This document shows, one piece after another, positions 57,245 through 64,000 of a DNA stretch of 64,000 nt (position 1 is the first letter of the stretch; each line of letters opens with the position of its first letter). Where the stretch lies: contig CAJUMX010000010.1 in assembly GCA_910587705.1 (NCBI GenBank), positions 53,130 to 117,129 of the forward strand, read 5' to 3'. Under the pieces are notes generated by a model. It worked only from the letters and a program-made list of their open reading frames with translations, searched no databases and had not been told where the DNA came from. The position numbers were made by a program, and so were the translations under genes. The DNA comes from an uncultured Oscillibacter sp. (GTDB lineage Bacteria; Bacillota; Clostridia; Oscillospirales; Oscillospiraceae).

Positions 57245-58075
57245 TCAGGGAACAGCCTCTCCCGTCCGGGCGGCGCCGGCGGTGACGGCGCCGGTGAGGC
57301 AGTTGACGTAATAGTCCTCCGTGTCGGTGACGATCTGCCAGGCCGGGGCCAGGGACATGGCGGTTCCGGCGGTCTGGAGCTCATAGCACAGCCGGGCGTC
57401 CGTCACCGTGGAGGCCACCGCCGCGCTCTCCCGCCGCATCTGCTGGAAGGCCAGCAGGGCTCCGGCGGCGGAGAGGGGGGCCTCGCCCGAAACGGCGGTT
57501 CCGGTTTTGGGCAGGAGGGTGCCGCTGACGGCGGTGAGGACGCCCTGCTCCACCGTGAAGGTCACGGTGCAGTTGAAAACCGGCAGCTTGTTGTAGACCC
57601 CCTGGGCGGTAAAGACGCCGCTGCCCTCTTCGTCCAGGCGGATATCCGGGACGTCATAGGAAAAGGCCCGGCAGAAGTCCCGGCAAACGTCCTCCACGTC
57701 CCCCTCCGCCAGGGTTCCGGCGGCCTCGAAGCCGCCGCTGGAGCGGAACAGGGCCTCTCCCGCCGCCCCGGCGTAGTGAAAGATGCCGCCCCCCTGGTCG
57801 GAGGAGGCGGGCCCGTCCCCCAGGAGGAAGGCGGCGGCCTGCTCCTCCAGGGCGGTGTCCCGGGTCAGGGAAACCCCGTCTGGCGGCAGGGCCTGGGAGA
57901 TGGCCCCGGGTTCCAGGGTCATGCCGTCCTCCTGAAAGAGGGCGGACAGCTGCTCCGCCGTGCGGCGGAAGGCGTCCCGCTCCGAGGCCCGGCGCTGGGC
58001 CAGGGAGAAGAGCAAAAAGGCGTTTAGCAGGACCAGAATCAAAATGATGATGTTTTTCAGCCGGAAGCGTTCCAA
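57245..58075 (-). CDS. YycI-like membrane-anchored two-component accessory protein
   Basis: KNIIILILVLLNAFL N-terminus, L.PAW.I...YYVN...G C-terminus; TTG after AAGGAGG. Confidence 0.65.
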   Translation of the reverse strand: MERFRLKNIIILILVLLNAFLLFSLAQRRASERDAFRRTAEQLSALFQEDGMTLEPGAISQALPPDGVSLTRDTALEEQAAAFLLGDGPASSDQGGGIFHYAGAAGEALFRSSGGFEAAGTLAEGDVEDVCRDFCRAFSYDVPDIRLDEEGSGVFTAQGVYNKLPVFNCTVTFTVEQGVLTAVSGTLLPKTGTAVSGEAPLSAAGALLAFQQMRRESAAVASTVTDARLCYELQTAGTAMSLAPAWQIVTDTEDYYVNCLTGAVTAGAARTGEAVP

Positions 58076-58139
58076 GCGGGAACCTCCTTTCCCAAAGGGG
58101 CGTCCATAGAGCCCGCGAAGAGGCGGCGGGTACGGCGCG

Positions 58140-59408
58140 TCAGTCCGAGAGCCAGCAGGCCCGGCAGGTCCCGGCCCGCTCCACATAGCCGACGGACAGC
58201 TCCTTTCCCGGGTCTCCGGCGGCCACGGCCAGGGCCTGAGGCAGGGGCAGCAGCAAAGAGGCCTCCTCCGCCGAAACGTACTGCCGGAAGCGCAGGGTCA
58301 GGGCCGTGACGGCGGAGCCGGTGAGGGTGACCTCCGCGGCAAAGCTCCCGTCCTGAAACCGGACTGGCAGCCCCCCCAGCTGATAGCCGAAGCGGAGCAC
58401 CGTCACCTCCCCGCTGCGGCGGAGGCTCTGGAGCCAGGGGCGGGCCTCTCCAGAGATCGGGGAGAGCAGCCCCTCCAGCAGCGACCCGGCCCCCAGGGCC
58501 GCCTCCCGGGCGGTGGGCAGGTCTCCGGCGGCCTTCACCCGGAGGCTGGGCTCGTCTCCGCTCTGGTAGTGGACGCTGTTGTCCGGCCGGATGCGGAGGG
58601 TCCGGTCCCCGTCCATAATCAGCTCCGTGCCGTTGGACTCCGTGTGCCGGGTGCGGCTCCGGGGGTTGAAGCCCAGGGCGGAGAGGAGCCAGTCCGTCCC
58701 CCCCGCCAGGGGGTCTCCCACGGTGTAGGCGGGCAGCTCCGGCGGCTGGGCGGGCAGGAGGGAGCAGGGGTCCAGGGCCTTCTCCGGGCCGGTTCCGTCC
58801 ATGGCAAAGGAGGCGTCTCCCAGCTCATAGCGGCCGATGACCTGCTCTAAGCTGTCGCCAGAGACGGCAGTGGTGGCCCGGAAGCAGGTCTCCCCCCCGT
58901 CCCAGAGATAGAGGACCGTGCCGCCGCTCTGGGCGGCAATGAGGAGGCGGCGGGCGGAGAGGTCCTCCCGGGGGGAGAGCTCCTCCCCCCCGCCCAGCAG
59001 CCCGGCCAGCACGGACAGGGGCAGGGGCTCTAAAAAGTCATAGTACAAGGAGGGGCCCCGGAGGGCCCGGAGAAAGTCCGCGCCGGTGCAGGGCGCATAG
59101 TCCCGGGCGGAGCCCAGCGCCTCCAGCAAACGGCGGCCCAAGGGGTCCGCGAAGCCGGGGTCCTCTGTGGTGAGGGCGATGCCGCCGTGGCGGCCATAGT
59201 CCCCGGTGACGGCCACCCGGACCGGGGCGGTGAGCTCCGCCGCCGGGGCGGCGGACTGGCTGGGCCCTGTGGCGGCGGTGGCTTGGCCGGTGGTCAGGTC
59301 CAGGTTGTACAGCTGGGTCTGGGCGAAGAGCACCACCGCCGACAGGGCCAGCAGGGTGATGAGCAGGTTTTGTATCAGGTTCCGGCGGTTGCGGCGCTGT
59401 TCCTCCAT
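58140..59408 (-). CDS. Membrane-anchored extracellular protein, positional YycH analogue
   Basis: Single N-terminal TM; directly after the kinase. Confidence 0.55.
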   Translation of the reverse strand: MEEQRRNRRNLIQNLLITLLALSAVVLFAQTQLYNLDLTTGQATAATGPSQSAAPAAELTAPVRVAVTGDYGRHGGIALTTEDPGFADPLGRRLLEALGSARDYAPCTGADFLRALRGPSLYYDFLEPLPLSVLAGLLGGGEELSPREDLSARRLLIAAQSGGTVLYLWDGGETCFRATTAVSGDSLEQVIGRYELGDASFAMDGTGPEKALDPCSLLPAQPPELPAYTVGDPLAGGTDWLLSALGFNPRSRTRHTESNGTELIMDGDRTLRIRPDNSVHYQSGDEPSLRVKAAGDLPTAREAALGAGSLLEGLLSPISGEARPWLQSLRRSGEVTVLRFGYQLGGLPVRFQDGSFAAEVTLTGSAVTALTLRFRQYVSAEEASLLLPLPQALAVAAGDPGKELSVGYVERAGTCRACWLSD

Positions 59409-59411
59409 GGT

Positions 59412-61220
59412 TTAGCCCTCCGTCAGCCCGCCCCGGCCCTGGGCGATGGGCAGGGTCATGCGGATGGTGGTGCCGGGCCCCTGGTGGGGGACCAGGGCGA
59501 TGACGCCCCGGTGCCGCTGGACGATCTCCCGGGCGATGGAGAGCCCCAGGCCCGTGCCGCCGGATTCCCGGGAGCGGGCCTTGTCCACCCGGTAGAAGCG
59601 GTCGAAAATCCGCTCTCGATCCTTGTCCGGGATGCCGATGCCGTCGTCCCAGACCTCCATCCATACGGTGTCGTCCTCCCCGCAGCCGGCGGAGACCTGG
59701 ATGTGTCCCCCGTCGGGGGTGTATTTGATGGCGTTGCCCAAAATGTTCATCATCACCTGTTCCAAACGGCTCCGGTCCCCCACGATGAGAGGCAGGTGGT
59801 CCAGGTCGGCGCAGGTGAGGGTATGGCCCCGCTGCTGGGCGTTTAAGGCGCTGGAGCGGACCACGCTGCGGATGGATTCCGCGAAGGGGAAGCGGGAGAG
59901 GACCAGCTCCGCGTCCCCCCGGTCCAGCCGGGAGAGGGTCAGCAGGTCCTGGACGATGTGGGTCATCCGGTCCGTCTCCGTGATGATGATGTCCAAAAAG
60001 CCGTTGGCGGTGGACTGGGGGATGTCCCCCTCCGCGTCCCGGAGGGTCTCGGCGTAGGTGCGGACGTTGGTAAGGGGGGTCCGGAGCTCGTGGGAGACGT
60101 TGGCCACGAATTCCTTCCGCCGCTCCTCGTTGCGGTGCTGCTCCGTCACGTCGTGGAGGACGATGAGCACGCCGCCCCGCTCCCGGTCGGAGAAGGGGGC
60201 CAAATAGACCTCCAGGGTTTTCTCCCCGGCCTCCAGCTCCCCCTCGGCGAAATTGGGCCGCTGGAGGGCCAGCATCTCCGAGAAGGGGTAGAGGCCGCCG
60301 AAGAGCTCCTCATAGGCGCACTCCGGCCCCACGGGGCGCTGGAGCATGTCCGTGGCGGCGGGGTTGCAGTGGATGAGCTTCCCGGCGTGGTCAAAGGCCA
60401 CCACGCCGTCGGTCATGTGGAGGAAGAGGGTATCCAGCTTGTTTCGCTCGTTCTCCACGGCGGCCAGGGTGGTTTGCAGCACCCCGGCCATCTCGTTGAA
60501 GGTGCCCGTCAGCACGCCGATCTCGTCGGTGGACTCCACAGGCAAAGCGCTGCCGAAGTTGCCGGCGGCCATTTTCTCCGCCCCGGCGGTGAGCTTTTCA
60601 ATGGGGCCCACCATGGTTTTGGAGAGGAGGAAGCTCAAAAGCACGGAGATCAGCAGACCCAGGAACAGGGCCTGCATGATGATCTGAAAGAGCTGGCTGT
60701 TGAGGCCGGACACGGTGTCCCGGGTGTCCAGGATATAGATGATGAAGGCGTTGTCCCCGCCGAAGATGGGGATGGCGGCGTCCATATAGTCTGCGGTGAT
60801 GTCGCTGACGTCTCCCACGGCGGTTTCGTCCCGCCGGGACACGGCGTTCCGGGCGGTGAGGAGGTTGGGGCTGGGCTCCCGGGGCATGGAGCTCTCGGCG
60901 GCGGAGCCGTTGAGGTAGGCCCCGGTCTCCCCGTCCAGGACGAAGTAGTTCCGGGAGCGGTAGTCGATGCCAAGCTTGCCGGCGGTGAGCTCCATCATGT
61001 CATGAACCCGGTCGGCGCCGTCGTCCTGGGCGGCCTCCCCCCGGAGGGAGGAGACAAACTCCCGCTGGTCCGCGCCGAAAACGCTGTCGATCTGCTGATA
61101 GAAGGTGTTGGTGAAGAAGTTGGAGACGTTGATGGTCAAAAAGGCCCCCACCACCGCCATAAGGGAGGTGATCAGTAACAGCAAAATTAAAGTCAGCTTC
61201 ATGTGGAGGCTGCGAAACAT
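59412..61220 (-). CDS. Sensor histidine kinase (HAMP-PAS-HisKA-HATPase), WalK-like
   Basis: FVANVSHELRTPLT, NAIKYT, FDRFYRVDKARSRESGGTGLGLSIA. Confidence 0.92.
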   Translation of the reverse strand: MFRSLHMKLTLILLLLITSLMAVVGAFLTINVSNFFTNTFYQQIDSVFGADQREFVSSLRGEAAQDDGADRVHDMMELTAGKLGIDYRSRNYFVLDGETGAYLNGSAAESSMPREPSPNLLTARNAVSRRDETAVGDVSDITADYMDAAIPIFGGDNAFIIYILDTRDTVSGLNSQLFQIIMQALFLGLLISVLLSFLLSKTMVGPIEKLTAGAEKMAAGNFGSALPVESTDEIGVLTGTFNEMAGVLQTTLAAVENERNKLDTLFLHMTDGVVAFDHAGKLIHCNPAATDMLQRPVGPECAYEELFGGLYPFSEMLALQRPNFAEGELEAGEKTLEVYLAPFSDRERGGVLIVLHDVTEQHRNEERRKEFVANVSHELRTPLTNVRTYAETLRDAEGDIPQSTANGFLDIIITETDRMTHIVQDLLTLSRLDRGDAELVLSRFPFAESIRSVVRSSALNAQQRGHTLTCADLDHLPLIVGDRSRLEQVMMNILGNAIKYTPDGGHIQVSAGCGEDDTVWMEVWDDGIGIPDKDRERIFDRFYRVDKARSRESGGTGLGLSIAREIVQRHRGVIALVPHQGPGTTIRMTLPIAQGRGGLTEG

Positions 61221-61242
61221 CTAAGGTACACCTTCTTTGTTA

Positions 61243-61281
61243 CCCCCCCGAATGGGGGGCTGATACGCGCCCTTCGGGCGG
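61243..61281 (+). repeat. Solo outer-end fragment of repeat family A
   Basis: CCCCCCCGAATGGGGGGCTGATACGCGCCCTTCGGGCGG matches the ends of copies 1-3. Confidence 0.7.
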
Positions 61282-61300
61282 GCAAAAGCCCCGTCTCCGC

Positions 61301-62017
61301 CTAGGAGACCGAGAAATAGTACCCCGCCCCACGACGGGTCAGAATATACACCGGCGAGGCCGGGTCGGCCTCGATCTTCTCCCGCAGGCGCCGGACCGTC
61401 ACGTCCACCGTCCGCACGTCGTCCCCGACGTAGCCGTAGTTCCACACCTGCTCCATCAGGTCCACCCGGGAGTAGACCTTATTGGGGTGGCTGGCCAAAA
61501 ACGTCAAAAGCTCATACTCCCGCTGGGTCAGGTCAATGGCCTTTCCCGCCCGGAAAACCTGGTGGCTGTCCGTGTTAATCGCCAGGTCCCCCGCCACCGG
61601 CATGGCGCTGTCTGCCGCCGCCCCGGTGGGGGCCGCCATGGAGGTGCGGCGGATGTTGGCCTCCACCCGGGCGATGACCTCCCGCATGGAAAAGGGCTTT
61701 GTGATATAATCGTCCGCCCCGATCTCCAGGCCCCGGACCTTGTCGTCCTCCTCCTCCCGGGCGGTGAGGAGCAGGATGGGCACGTTGTCCCCGTCCTTGC
61801 GCAGGGCCTCGCACACGTCGAAGCCAATCATCTTGGGCAGCATGATGTCCAGCAAAATCAAATCCGGCTTCTCCGTCCGGGCCTTTCGCAGGCCCTCCTC
61901 GCCGTCATAGGCCTCCAGCACCCGGTAGCCCTTTCGCTCCAGGTTGAAGCGCAGAATGTCCACAATGTTCTTCTCGTCCTCTACCACCAGGACGGTCTTT
62001 TCCTCTGGCATACTCAA
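61301..62017 (-). CDS. OmpR-family response regulator, WalR-like
   Basis: LLDIMLP, GADDYITKPFS, DVRTVDVTVRRLREKIE. Confidence 0.93.
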   Translation of the reverse strand: MSMPEEKTVLVVEDEKNIVDILRFNLERKGYRVLEAYDGEEGLRKARTEKPDLILLDIMLPKMIGFDVCEALRKDGDNVPILLLTAREEEDDKVRGLEIGADDYITKPFSMREVIARVEANIRRTSMAAPTGAAADSAMPVAGDLAINTDSHQVFRAGKAIDLTQREYELLTFLASHPNKVYSRVDLMEQVWNYGYVGDDVRTVDVTVRRLREKIEADPASPVYILTRRGAGYYFSVS

Positions 62018-62066
62018 CCTCCAAACTCCCTTGCCGCCCCTGGGAGGGCGCGGCCCGTTTCCGGCG

Positions 62067-62618
62067 TCACAGGTTCAGCAAAAGCTTCGCTTTCAGCACC
62101 GCGGCCACGGTCTTGGCGTCCTCGATCTCCCCGTCCAGACACCGGCGGACCATCTCGTCAAAGGGGATTCGCTCCACGTTTAAAAACTCGTCCTCGTCCA
62201 GGTGCTGCTCCGACATCCGAAGCTCCCGGGCCAGGTAGAGGTGCAGGGTTTCCCCATAGCAGCCCGGGGAGGGCAGGATGCGCCCAAGTGGCTCGTAAAT
62301 CCCCGGCACCGCCCCGGTCTCCTCCTCCAGCTCCCGGAGGCCCGCCGCGTAGGGGTCCTCCCCCGGGTGGTCCAGCTTTCCGGCGGGAATTTCCAGCAGA
62401 GGCTTGCCGAAGGGATAGCGGTACTGGGTCACCGTCAGCACGTTGTTCTCCCCGTCCAGGGCCAGGACGGCCACGCCGCCGGGGTGATCCGCCACCTCCC
62501 GGAGGGCGGTTTCGCCGTTGGGGAGGGTCACGGTGTCCACATGGACGGTGAGAATCCGCCCGTTGAATTTGTCCTCCCGGCGGAGCGTCCGCTCCGTCAG
62601 GTCCATTTGCTTGCTCAT
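62067..62618 (-). CDS. NUDIX hydrolase (ADP-ribose pyrophosphatase-like)
   Basis: EIPAGKLD..EDP...GLRELEEETG, DAKT. Confidence 0.93.
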   Translation of the reverse strand: MSKQMDLTERTLRREDKFNGRILTVHVDTVTLPNGETALREVADHPGGVAVLALDGENNVLTVTQYRYPFGKPLLEIPAGKLDHPGEDPYAAGLRELEEETGAVPGIYEPLGRILPSPGCYGETLHLYLARELRMSEQHLDEDEFLNVERIPFDEMVRRCLDGEIEDAKTVAAVLKAKLLLNL

Positions 62619-62882
62619 CGCTCCGCGTCCTTTCCAGAAAAGGCCCCGGCGGGGCCCGGTTTGGGGGCGGCGTCCGGCTGTCCCGGGGCGCTGCGGGGTT
62701 GCTTCTGGATGGAATTATACCACGCTGGAGGGAAAATGAAAAGAGAAATTGTCCCCGGACCGGCGAAAGGGGGAAAAAGTTTGGCTCGTTCACAAATTAG
62801 CCCTTGTTTTTGTGGGAAGAAAGGCGTATGATAAACGCAATAAACCACAAAATATGGTGGGCGCGGAAAGGAACAGCGACAA

Positions 62883-63773
62883 ATGAAGTGGAGCAAAGGG
62901 GCGGCGGCGCTGCTGGCGGCGCTGCTGCTGTTGACAACGGCCGTTCAGGCGGGAGGGACCGCCAAGTCCCCCACCGGGGAGGAACGGCCCATTTTGAATG
63001 TCCGGCTGGCCCGCCCCGGCGAGACGGGAGAGGCCGCGAAGCTGCCGGAGCTGATGGTCATAAAGCCGGAGGAGGCGGGGATGACGGTGGTGACGCCGGA
63101 GCCCGTCAAGCCCCAGGAAGCGGCCTCAAATCCCGAAACCGCCCCCAAGGAGGAGCGGCGGGACCCCGTGTTCCCGGAGGCGGAGGCGTGGCAGATTCTC
63201 CTGGTAAATCCCTGGAACGAGATGCCGGAGGACTTTGAGGTCACCTTGAAAACCCTGCCGGACGGGCAGAAGGTGGACGAGCGTGCCTATGAGGACTTGA
63301 ACGCCATGCTGGAGGCCTGCCGGAAGGCGGGGCTGCGGCCTAAAATTTGCTCGTCCTATCGCACCCAGTCCAAGCAGACCTATCTCTACAACAACAAGAT
63401 CGCCCGGCTGCGGAGCGCGGGCTATAGCAAAACCGCCGCCGAGGCGGAGGCGGGCCGCTGGGTGGCCCGGCCCGGCACCAGCGAGCACCAGCTGGGCCTG
63501 GCGCTGGACATCGTGTCCCAGTCCTATCAGGCCCTGACCAAGAAGCAGGAGAAAACCGCCGAGCAGAAGTGGCTGATGGAGCACTGCTGGGAGTATGGCT
63601 TCATCCTCCGCTATCCCAACGACAAGAGCGAAATCACCGGCATCGGCTACGAGCCCTGGCACTATCGCTACGTAGGCCGGGAGGTGGCCCTGGATATCCG
63701 GGACAGCGGGCTTTGCATGGAGGAGTACTTACTGCTGCGGGAGGAGGCCCTGGCGGCGGAAGAAGCGGCGTGA
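62883..63773 (+). CDS. M15B D-Ala-D-Ala carboxypeptidase (VanY-like)
   Basis: Signal peptide; SSYR, ARPGTSEHQLGLALD, YEPWHYRYVG. Confidence 0.93.
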   Translation: MKWSKGAAALLAALLLLTTAVQAGGTAKSPTGEERPILNVRLARPGETGEAAKLPELMVIKPEEAGMTVVTPEPVKPQEAASNPETAPKEERRDPVFPEAEAWQILLVNPWNEMPEDFEVTLKTLPDGQKVDERAYEDLNAMLEACRKAGLRPKICSSYRTQSKQTYLYNNKIARLRSAGYSKTAAEAEAGRWVARPGTSEHQLGLALDIVSQSYQALTKKQEKTAEQKWLMEHCWEYGFILRYPNDKSEITGIGYEPWHYRYVGREVALDIRDSGLCMEEYLLLREEALAAEEAA

Positions 63774-63777
63774 ACGC

Positions 63778-63809
63778 AAACGGAGACGGCGAAAGCCGTC
63801 TCCGTTTTT
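63778..63809 (+). terminator. Intrinsic terminator
   Basis: AAACGGAGACGGC-gaaa-GCCGTCTCCGTTTTT. Confidence 0.85.
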
Positions 63810-63874
63810 GGTGGACTTGTCCAAGGTGACTTGGAATTTTCGTGAAAAAGTCCTGAAAAATGTGGATTCTTCCG

Positions 63875-63903
63875 TTGAAAAGCGGCGCGGAGTGGCATAT
63901 AAT
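63875..63903 (+). promoter_or_regulatory. Sigma-A promoter for a gene beyond the window
   Basis: TTGAAA-17-TATAAT. Confidence 0.65.
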
Positions 63904-64000
63904 AAGAAACCGTGAAAATTTGTCTGTCATTTTACGGCGGGGAACCCGCTCTTTTAAGGAGATATCTGTATGCAGAATGAACACCTGAGAAATATCGCCA

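Noticed and set aside
62883..63773. Vancomycin-resistance locus
   Set aside because: VanY-like peptidase only; no vanHAX or ligase, and the neighbouring two-component system looks WalRK-like.

Overview
High-GC chromosomal window from a Clostridia-class Firmicute (Oscillospiraceae-like by gene content and style; this is inference). It is mostly housekeeping: hfq-miaA-mutL-mutS-miaB, rpsB-tsf, CBS-type pyrophosphatase, sigma-54 activator plus rpoN, an SLH protein, serC/serA-like/serine dehydratase, obgE-rpmA-prp-rplU, hslO, a glycine-riboswitch symporter, an mgtC pair, psuK/psuG, a LytTR-DUF3021 pair, asnS, rlmH, murA, a WalRK-like cluster and a VanY-like peptidase. No rRNA, tRNA, CRISPR array, transposase or integrase was seen. 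The most interesting content is intergenic. (1) Small divergent cassettes of an XRE-HTH gene and an ~85-aa DUF6809-like gene occur three times (a fourth variant has tandem XREs). Two sit in conserved gene strings, and two are bracketed by 285-380 bp inverted arms of a six-copy palindromic repeat family. (2) GTAG-type REP units and 55-110 bp mini-elements nest inside one another. (3) An unannotated type I toxin-antitoxin locus has a 27-aa hydrophobic peptide and a perfect-consensus antisense promoter. (4) An ~320-nt A/C-rich orphan transcript lies between miaB and tsf. (5) Unassigned structured leaders precede the mgtC pair and murA. All family assignments were made by eye; no searches were run.
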